Positions 12,681 to 26,697 of a stretch of 64,000 nucleotides of DNA are shown in pieces. The stretch lies in contig OZ004613.1 of assembly GCA_963924565.1 (NCBI GenBank), positions 7,998,001 through 8,062,000 on the forward strand, read 5' to 3'. Origin of the DNA: Ascidiella aspersa. Its lineage: Eukaryota. Numbering within the stretch: position 1 is the stretch's first letter; every line of letters starts with the position of its first letter. Both the position numbers and the translations under genes were made by a program. The notes below the pieces were generated by a model that saw only the letters and a program-made list of their open reading frames with translations, did no database searches and was not told where the DNA came from.

Positions 12681-15600
12681 TTACGCTTTAATCTCAAACG
12701 GCTCGCTGACCGCAAGCAGACAGAGCATCTTATTGCTGTAAAAGCCAAGCCTATATTTGACAACCGGCGAATCCTTGGTGTCGAAGCCGGGAAATTCGAC
12801 GCGGTGCCTTTTCTTGGCGACCACGCGTTCCGAATCGCTGCTTTCGGGAACGTAAACCCACTTCAGGTAGGCTCGGAAGTCGGTGAAGTTCTCCTGGGAT
12901 TATAAAAAAATAGTTATTATTTTCGGCTCTCACCTTTTTTATTTTTTAACCCGGGGTGGCATGGCACGGGTGCATGTTGTATGGTGGACTTGAGAGTTTA
13001 AAAACGGCTTAATGTGTTTAGATCAGGGGCTCTTAAACTGGGTTCCATGGGCCTCTTGGGGGTACGGAACTAGTTTTAGGGGGTCCAAGAGGCGAAAAAA
13101 TATTAATGTATATTTGAAAAGTAATCATTTTTTTCCGAAAAAAAAGTGTTGAATTAAAAATAAAACGTTTGTGCAATGAATGTCTAGTTAGACTGCATTG
13201 CGCTTTCCCATTTTTTGAACCGGAACAGCAGATTTTGGAAGTCTGTTTGTATTGTGACATCAATTTATGACGTCATTTCTAAACTGGTCTACGCGAGGCA
13301 CAAATATATGTTAGGGTTCTGCGGTCAAATCAGTTTAAGAACCCCTGGTTTAGATCATTGGTTCACAGCCTTTTCTGGTCGCGTACCACTTAGTGGCTTT
13401 CTACTGTCGTTTTTCTACCTGGTTTTCAAATAAAAACTTTAGAAGCGATTCCACTTGCTGTTTTAACTACAATATGACACTTTACAAATATCCGGGGCTG
13501 CAACATAATTTTGTACAAAAAATCAAAGGCTTTTTAAAGAAAATTTGTAGTTTTTCATTAATCAAAAAGTAAGTCGTCCGACGTTTTTGAAAATATTTCG
13601 AAAACTATACAGTATAATGGTCAACACGACCATTTGTTTAATCACGACCATTTGTTTAAAGTTTTTTTTAACAGGAATTTAAACACATAACTTAAGCTAG
13701 ACTTAAATTAAATTCAAAGACTTAAAAAAACATATAGTTTTTTAAAGACTTTTGAATGCGCAAGTCAATTGAAAGACATTCAAAGACTTTTGAAGATTAA
13801 AAAAATTCATGGCAACCCTGAGAAATGTCCTAAAACGCCAACCTGGTATAAAGCGAGGTAGTCTTCCGCGTCTTTCAGCATTCCAGGGTTGTACGTGATG
13901 CTCAGTATCCCGGGAGAGTCACTTTTCCAAACACCTTCGATGTCAAGTTCAATAAGAGCAGATTGGTCTTTGCGAGTCTTCCAGGAAAAAAAAGACAATT
14001 AGCTTTGCCAATTGGCTTCCTAGTAGTGTTGTAATGGGTTGACCTCACTTAACATTGGATAACTATTCAATACACTTAATTCATTGAATTTAAATGACCT
14101 GACCTGACATGAACCCATGGCCAAAGTTGCTTGACAAGTCCCATGGCCAAAGTTGCTTGACTTGGACTTGATTCATTTATGCAAAGACTTTTACATTATT
14201 CCTAAGTGTTTCATTTAAAAGCATTCTTCATTTAAAAATTGATTATTTACCACAACTTTTAGCTGTAAAAAAATTGGTTGCCAATTGTTTCGTTTTTTGT
14301 GCTACTTAGAAGCCAAATTTTGCTTGGAATGGAAAGAAGTAATACTTTTATTAGTTTGGCATTTATTTCTCATGCCAATGCCTCGAGTTGACTTGCTCTA
14401 ATTGCGACTTTGGACTTGACTGATTAAAAATGACTTGGCTTTGAATTAAGTTATTTAAAAAAAAGTAATTGACTAGGACTTAAGTAAAATAAATAGGTTG
14501 AAAACTGATTAAGTGGAGCTGGATAATGAGACTATAAGCAGTGTTCGTTATCCTCTCAATATAATGTTATGGGTACAAGATTTAGTAAACAAAACAACAT
14601 AAGTTGCTGTAGTCAGATAACAACGCCTTAAAATTATTTATAAGTCCTGTCAATGAGTTCATCAGATCACACACAGAATACTCCCTAAATACATCGTAAT
14701 AGCGGGTACGACCAGAGGTCGTGAGTTCGAACCTCACCGCAGGCTGGTTGTTTTCTAGCCTTGCCTTGCTTGCACTACAGTCCTGATCAGGCTGACAGAT
14801 TTTATTCAGAAGGCAAGTTGTGTACTATATATAGGTGCCGTTATCGTTGGCCAGTATGGCTACTGAGGGCTTGATCACAGAATATCCAGAATACACATTA
14901 TGTGTATCTATGTTTCAGTAACAGAATCATATTAACAATTTTACTTTAGAGATTTTTTTATTGAGGATCAAAATTACCTGAATAGTGTATTGAGCCGACA
15001 CCGGTTTATGGTCACTTATAGTGAGGTAAGGATGACTCTTGTAGGAATCCTTCACCTGTTTGATGTAGGAGGCACACTTGTTCCCATCCGAAACTGTGGC
15101 ATAATCAAAGAGGCTGGCACATAATACTACATATTAGACAGGGCAGGGGTTCTTAAACTGGGGTCCATGGACCCCTTGGGGGTCCGTAAACTAGTTTTAG
15201 GGGGTCCATGAAGGTATAATTAAAATATTAATGTATATTTAAGAAGTAATTAGATTATTAAAGGAAATAATTCAATCAAAAATAAAAAGGTTTTGTACTG
15301 AATGTTTTTATACTTCATTTCAATTTCACATTTTTGGACCAAAATCAGCAAATTTATAAAGTCTATTTATATTATGACGTCAATTTATGACGTCATTTGT
15401 TAAATTTATTTTTTTTTTGCCTACAGTGGTCCACGCGAGATCAAAGAAAATTTAAGGGGTCCGCGGTAAAAAAAACTTAAGAACCCCTGAGATAGGGTAT
15501 ATACAATAATAAAAATAGAAAAAGGTATGTTTAATTAATTATTGTAAAAATAAAAAATAAAATAAATAAAAAATAGACATCAGTTTATAAATAGTTTTTT

Positions 15601-18600
15601 AAAGTAAACAGCAGAAAATACATTTAATCAGTAACTTATGAAGTATAAAGTGGCCTTAAGGTAATTATAATCTGCTCAACCAGATGTCTTTTTTATTCAT
15701 GTGTGCTTCATTTCAGTCGTTTAATTTTTTTAGAAATACTTTTAAAATTATCAAATTAGTGTAAACAATTGGCAGCGCACCACTTAATCGCTCTAGCATG
15801 TGCAGTGCATCAGGATTAATTCTGAGCAATATCCTGTCAGTCCAAGCGGGTTTTCGTTGTTTCTCGCTGGTGTCGTACACATCTGTGCCCGGATCAAACT
15901 AGAATTAAATTAAAACAAACACATTGACTAAAAAAATGAGTTTAAACTTGGTAAGCCGGGATGCTATTTACCAAGGCAGATACAAGAGTTACTGGTTGTT
16001 TGGTAAAAGACAATAAAATAATTTAAGAGTTCAAGAAATTCCAATGCTTAAATTCCATTATTAATACATGCCAGGGGTGGTAAACCTTTTTACTCTGTTG
16101 ATCACAAACAAGATATTCTGAAAAAGTTTATCTTAAAGTTTGTTAAGATTATCCACAATTTATTAAGACAATTCTGTGCATTTGATTGTATAAATTTTAG
16201 TTATAAAAATTGGGGTTTGCTTCAATATTACAACCAAATAAACTACAACAAATCTTTTCATGGTGTCAAAAGGTATAATTAAAATATTAGTGTATATTTA
16301 AGAAGTAATTAGATTATTAAAGGAAATAATTCAATCAAAAATAAAACGGTTTTGTACTGAATGTTTTTATTCCAAAACAAATTTGGCAGGAAGCTCCATG
16401 CTGTAAGAATTGTATTTTTACATGGCTTAAACTGCAGTGCCTGGTTTCTAATATTTTTTATCACATTTTGCTCTTTTCTAACACACTTTGTGACCTGCGG
16501 GTTAGCGGTTTGCAATAATAATCTTTTTTGCTTAGATTTCAAGTTTGTCATATTTATTTAATTTTAGGTTCTCTTAGTACTCAGTCAAACATTTAACTTT
16601 CTGGAAAGCATTTAAACAAATGCCAGTAAAACCATGCTAGTGTATTTGTAATACAGTATTTACAAGCGCAGTGTTTGGTACAGGTGTGGTCACTTTGAGA
16701 AAACAAATAACAAAAATAGTTATGGTATGGTGTATTGACTGAGATATATCGTAGTCAGGAGAAAGTATCTTAAACATTACATGAAGTGATGAAAAAACAT
16801 TTACAGACATTGTCTTGCTGTTTAAATGTCCATACTTAGTTTACAGATTACAAGATCTCTAGATTTTAAGATGAGTCAATCTTGGTCAAGATTACAAAAA
16901 AACATTTAAATATATATTAACAGAATATATCCTGGAATATATAAAAACAAAGCGCTACATGATGGTAATAAAAATACTCTGTTTGTTTGGCATTTTAAAG
17001 TAACAGCTTTATTTATTGAGGGCACTAAATATCCTGGTAAAATAAACATTTTAGTACACTTCATTCGTTTAGTGTTAGTGTAGTGTAGTGTTACAGCAAT
17101 AAAAAAATGCAATTTTATAGGCTAGTTTTTTTGTAATCTTGACATTTTGCAGGCTGATGGGGTCCCTAAATAAATGTTTCATTTTAAAAAATTACCAAAA
17201 TATAGTTAAATTTTCACCTGACTAATAATACCATGAAAGCACTTGAAAATGATACTGAATTAAAAGTGATCAGGTGGCAATGGTTAACACATGTCAAATG
17301 ATTCTGTAAAAAATAATTCCCTTGCTGGGAAAATTTGAAGGCTGTTTACCAAAGGTGCCACTCTGTCATTACAGCCTACTGTTGTATCTCATTACCTTGT
17401 ACGTCGGTGGAAACGTAATAGGCCCTTCCTTGAATTGTCTCATCATGTCATCTTCAGGCTGGTGCTTTATCAACTAACAAGAAAAGATACGCAAATAGTG
17501 AAACTCACAACTCATTTATTTAGCAGCCTGTGTAAACACGGTCATAATGTATTATAATTTGACAAGAGAAAAGATACCGGTAAATTAATCCTCGTTGTTA
17601 AAAAAATAATATCAGAAAGGAATTTAAAGTGAATAATAAGTTTGTTGTTTTGAAAACAGCTTAAGGTAAGCTGAAGCATAATATATGCAATTGGTGGGTA
17701 TTTGCGCTTGCCGTATACTGACTATCATTCTGCTCAATAAATATTAAAAAGTAGACTAAAACCTTATCCTTCAATTTTCATAAATATTCTAACCATATAT
17801 TGCTTTGTTCAATTAAAATTAAAGAAGATTTAAAATACTTGATCATTTTCGATCAACCTAAAGAAGTTTTATGCATTTGGTGGGTATTTGTGCTTGCCAT
17901 ATACTTACTATAAATCTGTTAAATAAATGTTAAAAAAGTAGACTAAAACCTTATCCTTCAATTTTCACCAATTCGCATAAATATTCTAACCTTAATGCAC
18001 ACTTTGTTCAAATAAAATCAAAGAATATTCATAATACCTGATCATTTTCAATTAACTTTAAGAAGTTTTTCTTTTCAACCAGCTGAATTGTGTCTTCCCT
18101 TGTGATGGTATCGATCCGAAAGTTGGTGTCTCCGATCCAAAATGTGGCACTGAAAGTTTGGCAAAGATATGTTAGATGTAAGCTTGGAAAAATATTCTTT
18201 TTAAAAGTTTTGCCAAAAATATGATGCACAATTTAGTATTGAAAGTTTTGTAATGTTTAGAATAATTGTTTTAAATAGAATAATTTTGTTTTCTGATTTA
18301 GTTTATTTAACTGTATAGTTTCAAAGAGGCTTGCACATAAATCAAAATATAAGTTAGGGAACCAAGAAAATTAGAGACTTAACAAAAATGCAAAATTTAA
18401 TCAGTTACTCCTGTCGTAAAAAGTATTTATAACCTTTTATAACTTGAACACAAAAACTATTTTCTTTTTTTAAATTTAGTTTATTTAACTGTAATGTTTT
18501 AAAAAACAATTCAAACAAGTTTTAACGATAAAAAAAATCATATAGATCCATGAAGATGTAAATCCTAATTTTTGACAAAGTTTAAAAAGTAGCTTACTCG

Positions 18601-21600
18601 TGGCTGAGAATGTTTGCGGTTTCGCCGAAATCGATATCGTCGATAATCTGGTAAAAAGCCTCCACTCTTTCTTTCTTGTTCTTGAGGTGCGGAGGCAAAT
18701 GGGTGTTGAGGAAGCACAACCTCTCGCCGTACAGCCACATCGAGATTGCCACACCACCCTTGTTGCCCTACAACACAAAACACGTTTATGAATGTACTGT
18801 TGCGGGGGTGTAATGACCTGAGTAAATGGCTTGACTTAAGTACACACACTGTTTTCAAATGACTTGACTTGACTAATGTTTTTAGGGCAAAATGACTTGA
18901 CTTAAGTCTTTAAGGCAAAATGACGTTACTGACCTTAAGTCTATTTGGACAAATGACTTTTTAAAGCGTTTTTTTTAAATTGGGGTATTTATCTCTGCAC
19001 ATAAAACAATTTGCTTGACTATATGTTGCGTTTTGCGTTATTTTTTAGTTGAGTTTTTGCTCATAATCGGCCGGGATACAAATTTTAATAAGTTACAGTC
19101 AAATATTTTGAACTTGACTGCTCTAATCATCACTTGTGATTTATTTAAAAAGACTTGACTTGGATTTAAGTGTTTTTACAGTGTTGCTGCATGACGTTTG
19201 TAGCGCGGGTCACAAACACGACACTAATTCTTACAAAATGCACAAGTGGGTCAAATATTTAAGTATATGCAAGACATTGCTGCTGTGTTGTTTGAAGTGT
19301 TAATGAGTGGATTGGTAATTCAATGATTTGGGACGATTTCCAAATTCGTATTCCCATGAATATTAAGAACCTAAATAGTTAACAAATGTTGCAGCATTTT
19401 TATGAAATTATAAGAGTTCAGCAGAAAGCTTTTCAGCATGGATTCCCCAGGGTTTTCAGAATTTTGAGTCTGTGAGCTCTCAATTTACCCTAAACAAATT
19501 TGTTAAAGTGCAGTTCATGTAGGCCTACTAGTCACCCCTTAAACAGCTTTGCGCGACCCACAGATTGAACAACCCTGATTTAAACAGTGCTATCAAACCA
19601 GGAATTGCTTTTTTAACATTGATCCTTTCCTGAAAATGGTTGATAACATTTTGGTATTTCTAGAGAGACAAGTGGGTCATTAAAAATCTGTGCTGGGCCA
19701 CTTTGTGACAGGCGGTTCAGTGGTTTGCCATCCCTGATCTAGGCAATAACATTAAAGAATAATTGTTTGTTTGACTGCTTTATATATTTTCCACCCAGTC
19801 GCAATATATCATTGCCCTGAATGCGAACTGTCAATACATTCAATAAAAAAATATTTCCAGGAAGAACCATTTTACAATTGATACAACAGGTTAATAAGTC
19901 TGTCAAACTACTTTATTAAAAACTATTTTTATTTAGGACAAAATACTAGTAGCAATTTTGCCTAAAGGTTAGAAGCCAGGACAGTCAATAAAATTTTTAT
20001 ATCCATTTTATTGAGTGGGTTTTGTATTTTTACTAAAATTTTGGATTAGCAAACTTACAAAAATTATGTCTTTTAATAGTGTTTTAATTATGAAAATATT
20101 TATTCAATTTTTTTATTCTTTAACTTTTAGTCGATAGACTAGGTTTCGATCATGCCGTTTTTAAAGACACACTTGTAAGATACATTAAAAAATAATTGAT
20201 CATTTTTTCCTTCTAGACAATTCAGTAGAATATTGCTATGTTCGAAGTAAACTATATTTGAATGAAAAAAAGGTTAATGAACCTACCCAATTTCCACCAA
20301 AACCTGTTCTTTCATAACTTGTTCTCACAAATCTGACAAATGGAAGGTGAACTCGCTTGAAAAACACAGATAAAGACATCCCTTGCAGGCGAATGCTTTC
20401 TACCTAAAATCAAAATATTTCCTTTTGTAAAGCACATTGGATTACTACAAAATATCTATAATGAAATAATTTTTATTCACCTACAAAGCAAATTTGAATA
20501 TATTAAAGTCTTCTTACCATATAAAAGCCACGCTTAGATAAAACTTTCATTAGCTTTTCGGCCCATTCATCATAGGAAATAAAACTCAGGGCAGTTTCTT
20601 TAGCGCTGGTCTGAATTTCTTGCAGTCTTTAAACAACATGAATTGTTAAGTTTAGCTTAACAAGGCTGTAGAAAATTAACCAATTATATTGGTGGAATAA
20701 TAAACAGATTTCCAATAATGTTAGTACTATCAAAACTAGATTGATTGAATTTTATTTCTCAAGTATTGACATGAAATAGAAACTCGGCAAACAAAAAACT
20801 TTGACAGCACATATACTGCTTCTTATAATCATTATATATTAATTTGGTAAAATAACTAAAATAGTTACCCAATGACATAAGCATCAACATTGTTTTCAGG
20901 TTGTATTTCAAGCAGCTTGAGAAAATCTGGTTCATTTAATGGATCGGACGAACCCACATTCCATGTGCAAAAATGGAATCTATAAAAAAACAGTTTTAGC
21001 AACAAACTCGTAGCAATTTACTACGATAAACTGGTCACCAACAATGCAGACACTGTGATTTGTGATATAATTTCTGTTGAGTGGATTTAAGTTTAGTTCA
21101 GCTTATACAGGTAGTTTGACATCATAAAGCACTTAAGCTGCTTAATGCAACCAGTAACCACAGTTATAGAAAGGAATGCAGCAATTTATAAAAGTTCAAG
21201 ATACGAGATTAAGTCATACAACAACTGAAAGACATGGTTTTAAATAAAATGAAAGCTGCAATACTTTTTAAAATCATCATGTACAAGAACAGATATTAAA
21301 ATGTAACTTGTTGCTGGCAAACTGGTGCACAGTTAATTATGTTTTTTAATGTTCATTTATGAACTTGTTTTAATTTGTTTTTGCTTTTTGAAGATGGTTT
21401 ACACAAACACTGGCAATCCTAAATTTTAACTAGAAAAACATTTCAGCGAATGTTTTTGTAGGAAAATAATTTCTTTAAAAATTTAACATATATATATATT
21501 TATAAAAAATACAATAAAAACATTTTACCATCTAATCTTAATGGCAGTGTTTAATAGTTCATTAAATAAAATTGCAAAGCAATAATAAATAGTGTTGTTG

Positions 21601-21619
21601 CTCACCTTAAATCTTTCAT
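12681..21619 (-). CDS. INPP5K: Inositol polyphosphate 5-phosphatase K/J (SKIP-like) with C-terminal SKICH domain
   Basis: Minus-strand exons 21619-21606 (MKDLR), 20979-20869 (CTWNVG...YVIG), 20626-20518 (LQE), 20403-20287 (RTGFGGNW), 18767-18598 (GNKGGV...FLNTHL), 18149-18038 (WIGDTNFR), 17473-17396 (FPPTYK), 15898-15781 (YDTSEKQRKPAWTDRIL), 15093-14978 (SDHKPV), 13977-13843 and 12893-12681 (SKICH-like, ends SEPFEIKA*). The start codon is less certain, and K versus J cannot be resolved. Confidence 0.9.
13024..13347. mobile_element. hAT-like MITE family B (CAGGGG(C/T)TCTTAAA TIR)
   Basis: CAGGGGCTCTTAAACT...TTTAAGAACCCCTG with a perfect 8-bp TSD GTTTAGAT. Confidence 0.88.
14025..14500. mobile_element. 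MITE family A, degenerate reverse copy
   Basis: AGTGTTGTAATG start and GACTT repeats. Ends are approximate. Confidence 0.6.
14700..14900 (+). mobile_element. Possible tRNA-derived SINE fragment
   Basis: GAGGTCGTGAGTTCGAACCTCAC (about 14715-14737) resembles a tRNA T-arm/B-box. No full cloverleaf is present. A similar reverse motif lies at about 40008-40029. Confidence 0.4.
15144..15489. mobile_element. hAT-like MITE family B
   Basis: CAGGGGTTCTTAAACT...TTAAGAACCCCTG, TSD AGACAGGG/AGATAGGG, body similar to 13024-13347. Confidence 0.88.
17686..18069. repeat. Tandem duplication (about 190 bp) that includes the 3' end and donor of an INPP5K exon
   Basis: ATGCA.TTGGTGGGTATTTG...AAAAAGTAGACTAAAACCTTATCCTTCAATTTTC... 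occurs twice (about 17686 and 17871). Confidence 0.85.
18808..19187. mobile_element. MITE family A, reverse copy
   Basis: GACTTAAGT/GACTTGACTT repeats and a body complementary to 708-1178. Ends are approximate. Confidence 0.65.
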
Positions 21620-22413
21620 TTTGACATCAGCAAAATCACTGTTATAAATCACTTGGCATAGCAAATGCAACTCCAACTCATATACTGTTTATTATATATT
21701 ATATATATGTATTAGTCTTTTAATCTTGAACATAAGAAATACAATAGGACAGTCAACAATTCAGTCGCGTACATCCCGCAGGAAATTACATAAATATATA
21801 TAAACATTAAACATATAATAAGACTAATAAGAGTGACCTATTTTTTGGGAATGCATGCTAATTACAGTTTGCAAGAAAAATCTGTACAAAAAAGTAAAAT
21901 ACAGTATTTCTTTATTTTTCATTGGTTATTTAAATGTTAACATATTTAACTGCTAGAACAAATAACAGCAGGTGGCATACAGTTTTAAGATGAACTTTTC
22001 ATTTTTGTCTTTTAACTGAAAAACACACAAAACAACAAACAGCTTCAATGTGAAGAAAATTATCTTTTGTTTGTCTTTTTCTTTCTATATGGTTTATACC
22101 TATGAAAGTCAAAAGAACGGAAAAATAAAAGTAAAACTTTCTTTGCAAGTCTCCGCGACTGTTATATACAGGAACAAAAAGTTTACACAACACCAGCCTT
22201 TCTATGGAACCTTGAGAAACAACAAGCAAAGCGAGATGAAATAAACATAAAAAATATATGTATGGTTTGCATTACATCGAGCAATACGTTCAGGATTTTT
22301 TGTAGGTTGTACATGGAAAGCAATGTGACGTTCACAAACGATTGCTATTTTACAAAAAAAAGAGTAGAAAACAATATTCACAGTATTTCAACAGGGGTAC
22401 TTGACAAGCGTGA

Positions 22414-23328
22414 CTAATAGTATTTGCTGTTGTTTTTCTTGCTGCTGCCATGCTCTCTTCTTCTTCTCTTAGTTTGTTCTTCCAAACTTGCCTGGGTTGC
22501 CCGACGCACAGCCTCATCTTCGTCGTAATGTTGGTTGTTCAGGCCGTAATCGTTGTACGGATGATAGTTATTCATTGGCGCCTGTGACCGGTGAGATTTA
22601 TGGGAGCTGTGTCCGCTGTTGTGATGGCCTCCATTGCTCTCTTTGCTCAGTTCAATTGCGAAACGCTCATCATCAGGCTTTCCATCCACCATTAGGGATG
22701 TCAGTCTACCGTTCTTGCGAACTTCAACAGTTTCTTTGCCGTTTTCAACCACCTTTTTGGTCTCCACCTTTTCACCGTTGACAATCTTCACCGATTTTGT
22801 GACGGACTTGTAGCTGCCGCCGCCGCCCATTCCACCACCGAAACCGCCTCCAGAACTAAACGAAGTAAAACTGCTTGAACTGCCACCAAAATCACCAAAG
22901 TTGTTAAACGACGTAAAACCTCCAGCGCCAAGGCCACCGAAACCCATTCCAAATGGGTCGTGAGCATTTGAACGAGACTGTCCCGCAAAATTAAACATGT
23001 TAGCAAACGGATCGCTGTCCCCGAAGAAATTGCGGAAGATGTCTTCTGGGGAGTGAAATTCAAAATTAAAGTGGGGCATCCCTGCACCCCCTCCCCCACC
23101 ACCCCCAGTCAGCCCCTCTTTTCCATATCTGTCGTAAACCTTTCGCTTTTCCGGATCTGACAATACCTCATAGGCCTCTGAAATCTCTTTGAATTTACTT
23201 TCGGCAGCTTCTTTGTTGTCAGGGTTTTTGTCCGGATGCCATTTTAGAGCCAGTTTGCGATAGGCCTTTTTTATATCACTCTCCGTTGCGCTCTTTTGAA
23301 TCTCCAGCGTCGCATAATAGTCGGCCAT
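22414..23328 (-). CDS. DNAJB6: Class B J-domain co-chaperone, DNAJB2/6/8 family, intronless CDS (304 aa)
   Basis: MADYYATL...[18 protein letters not shown] (J domain with HPD), G/F-rich region, S/T-rich [11 protein letters not shown]-terminal [13 protein letters not shown]...ENGKETVEV...LTSLMVDG, and a UIM-like [19 protein letters not shown] at 23328. Confidence 0.92.
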   Translation of the reverse strand: MADYYATLEIQKSATESDIKKAYRKLALKWHPDKNPDNKEAAESKFKEISEAYEVLSDPEKRKVYDRYGKEGLTGGGGGGGAGMPHFNFEFHSPEDIFRNFFGDSDPFANMFNFAGQSRSNAHDPFGMGFGGLGAGGFTSFNNFGDFGGSSSSFTSFSSGGGFGGGMGGGGSYKSVTKSVKIVNGEKVETKKVVENGKETVEVRKNGRLTSLMVDGKPDDERFAIELSKESNGGHHNSGHSSHKSHRSQAPMNNYHPYNDYGLNNQHYDEDEAVRRATQASLEEQTKRRRREHGSSKKNNSKYY

Positions 23329-23821
23329 AGTGTGATGAAAGACACCAGTATAAAAAAAATACACCAGTATGGCAGTTAAATTTAAACTAGGCCGAGTTCT
23401 GTCTTGTTCACAAAATTAAAAATGAAATACAGTTAAATAGTTTTGTAGCAGACAATACTGGCAAACTAAAATGTAAGTCATGCTGTTGTTTATGGCACAT
23501 TCAAACGTTATTTTATTGTAGATATATATGACATTTATTTTTTGTGAATAATTGTTAATTTGAAGTAACTTAATCTCTAATGACCTGATTAGCCTTCAGT
23601 AATGAATAAACTAACAAAATTGAAAATAATTATTTAAAAAAAGTCTTTTGATGTTAAATTCCTTAAATCGTTGCCAGGTCTGATATAATGTTAAAATAAA
23701 GAGAAAACTGTAGGTTAAAATGCGCAGTGTTTTAAATTCTATTAACAAAGCGAAGTTTATTCCCACTATAGCTTTGTTTCAACTTTGTGCAAATCCTAAA
23801 TGATTTTTTAAGGCTGATTTA

Positions 23822-24440
23822 CAGTGTTAGTCAAGTAATTTGTAAAAAATCAAGTCCAAGTCAAATATTTTTTAAAAGAACTTAAGTCCATTTCAAGACT
23901 CAGTCAAGTCAAAATTAGAGCAAGTCAATTTCAAGTCAAGTACTTGTCATAAAGATTAACATTAAACTATCAAAATTGGGAGCAGTAACGTACCTAAAAA
24001 ATAACACAAAACGCACGCAAAATGTTCTGTGTTTTAAATTTAAACTAAATAGCCCAATTTTATATAAAAAAATCCCTAATAAAAGAAGTTTATTTTAACA
24101 CGACTCAATGTCCAAAAGACTTAAGTCAAGTCGAGTCTTTGTCCAAAAGACCGGCGCTGGTCTAGAATCCTACCACAGTTCTAAAATCAACGCACAAAAT
24201 TTTAGTTAGGGTGCGGGTTAGCGTTCGGGTGTGGGTGGGTCAAGTATTATTATATTCTTTGTTTAATAATAATACTTGACCCACCTTAACCCAAACGCTA
24301 ACCTGCACCCTAACCCAAATTGTGTTTCGGTGTGGTAGGATTATAGACCAGCGCCAAAAGACCTTTTGTCCAAGACTTAAGTCAATTCATTTGAAAACAT
24401 TGATTTAAGTGCACTTAAGTCATTACAAGTTACAACACTG
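23822..24440. mobile_element. MITE family A carrying a nested foldback element
   Basis: CAGTGTT...TTACAACACTG ends and AAGTC repeats, interrupted at 24153-24355. Confidence 0.75.
24153..24355. mobile_element. Palindromic (foldback) MITE with GGCGC termini and 8-bp TSD
   Basis: GGCGCTGGTCTAGAATCCTACCACA...TGTGGTAGGATTATAGACCAGCGCC with perfect TSD AAAAGACC. The inner arms are also inverted. Confidence 0.88.
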
Positions 24441-26119
24441 CTGCATTTACAAAATATATATTAGATTATTGCGCATCAAAATGCCAGGCCTAATTGGTAC
24501 CTTCACTAATATAAATGCGATTTGAACTGTCAAAGTTCATTTACCAACAAACCTATACATTTAGACTTCCCTTTTCGGTTTGTCGGCTTGTCGCTAACCA
24601 TTGCAACACTTCAAGCCATAAAAGGGGAACATAAAAAATATCAACCTCAAGGTAATTCCCCTGTTCTAGAAAAGTCATTTTGCTGTCGTCATTGTTATTA
24701 CAAAGCACTGTCGTGTTTTTAACAGCAACTGGCAAATAATATCTGCGGAAAACCATTAACAAAGAAAATAGTTAAGATCTGCCCAACTTTGGTAAATATC
24801 CAACGTTAATCTATGTTTCCACTATCACCAAACGGAAATTCTTTTTCTCAACGTTTAAATGTAGTAGTTCAGAAATTTGCTGAATCGACTAATTTTTTTT
24901 CGCGTTTTAGGAGCCGAACCACGTCTTGCCACGTTAAGAAGAACAAAGGGTGTTTTTAACCTTTATAATTAAACATTTGGTAGTAGTTTCTAAAGGGCCG
25001 ACAAAATATCCGCTATTGTGTATTAGCAATTTCCCGTGTCCGATGCTTGGTATTTATTATGCCGACAACCGATATTTTGGGGTAAACAGAACGAACGTCA
25101 AATCTGATACCCATTGAAATCACTATGGCAGAATAAATAAAATTAATCCTTTTAAAAGTGCAAAATGGAAATACTTTCCAGGTTTACGCCTGCATTTTAT
25201 TTGTGTGAGGAAAGGATAGGCTACAACGTAAGTCTTCAACAGACTAACCGAATCAGTCGATCTGGTAAGGATGTTCATGCAAGACAGGCTAGAAAGCAAC
25301 ATGTAGGCTATGTGTATGCATCTTTCTTTAAATGGTAATTATCTTCTAATTTTTATAGTAATATATTGTAGGTATTTTAAGTTGGATCGTTAAACAATTA
25401 TTCCTGTTGCATACAGGCTATATATGCGCCGATACCACCAAACGAGATATAGGCCTATTTGCGAACGAGTACCGATCGAAGCTCGAATCGGCTCAGATCG
25501 GATAATTTTGGACAACCCTATAGCGCCTACTAGCGTGGTCAAACTACAAGCCCGGCATTTTATTCGCCCGGCCAGACAGTATTTACTCCCTATTTATTTC
25601 GCCACTATGAGTGCCCCAAAACTGTGTTTTTGCCAACTTTAACCACGCAAAAGCAAAGTTGTTTTGCCATGTGCGCGACTATTTTCCGAATATATGTTTT
25701 ACATTATGGCATGTCATTGTTTTTAGCATTAGGACCGTATGCAATATATTAACCTTTTCTATAAGGCACGCCCTAGGGCTGTATGGACGTATATTCTCTA
25801 CAAAATGCCCTTCTATAATATTTTCTACACAGCTTTGTAATATGTCTCCTTTATCGTGAGTAACGCCTATCCACTTATTAAAACATGATAAACGTGGTGT
25901 AAGCGTTTTGCGCTTTATTTGAACCTTTCAGATGATTTCAGCGCAGCCAATCAATTAGACAGATTTTTCCGGGCTTGCCATGCTTAACGCCAGTTGCATA
26001 ATTAGCTACCAGACGAAATTTGAGACGTCAGTGTAATATTTGAACTTAAATCTTGCATCTGTCCATGCAACATTGGCCCGCCGTATGAAACAAAATACTT
26101 CTGACAGGCCGTGATAAAG

Positions 26120-26697
26120 CAGGAAGTCGAACCGTTTGACTTTTCCGGTTCAGGTTCGGTTCGGGTTCAAGGATTTTTTTGGAATCCGGTTAAGTTCCGG
26201 TTTCGGTTTCAAGCAATTTAAAAGTTCCGGTTCAGCTCCGGTTCGAACATCGTTATTTCAAAACCGGTTCATAAAGTTCCGGTTCAGATACAATATAATT
26301 TACGTTAAATCTCAAAATGTGGGTCAATAAATGTAGAGAATAAACTTTGAATTGTAAGTCATTTAATCTAAGTTCCATGACTTAATTCAAAAAACAGCAA
26401 CTCAATATTGAAATATCTAAAAACTAAAAAATGAACGATTTTTTTATTCAATATTCATATTTTTTTCATAAAATTTCGAACATGACGTAACTTGACTCTG
26501 TAAAATAGAAGTTATGACGTCATGCTGGAGCGAACCGCTTTTGTTTACAGGTTCGGGTTCGGTTAAGGTTCAGGTACTTTCAAATTATTCGGTTCAGTTC
26601 CGGTTCGGCTCATTAAAATCTTAAATAAAACGGTTCAGAAAAAATTGACCCAAAACCGGTTCATAAAGTTCCGGTTCGGTTCCGGTTCGACTCCCTG
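26120..26697. mobile_element. hAT-like MITE family C (GGTTC-rich)
   Basis: CAGGAAGTCGAACCG...CGGTTCGACTCCCTG, perfect 8-bp TSD TGATAAAG, many CGGTTC repeats. It appears nested in an older element (about 25530-26810). Confidence 0.9.

Noticed and set aside
14700-14745. Functional tRNA gene
   Set aside because: Only a T-arm/B-box-like part is present, with no acceptor stem, D arm or anticodon arm.
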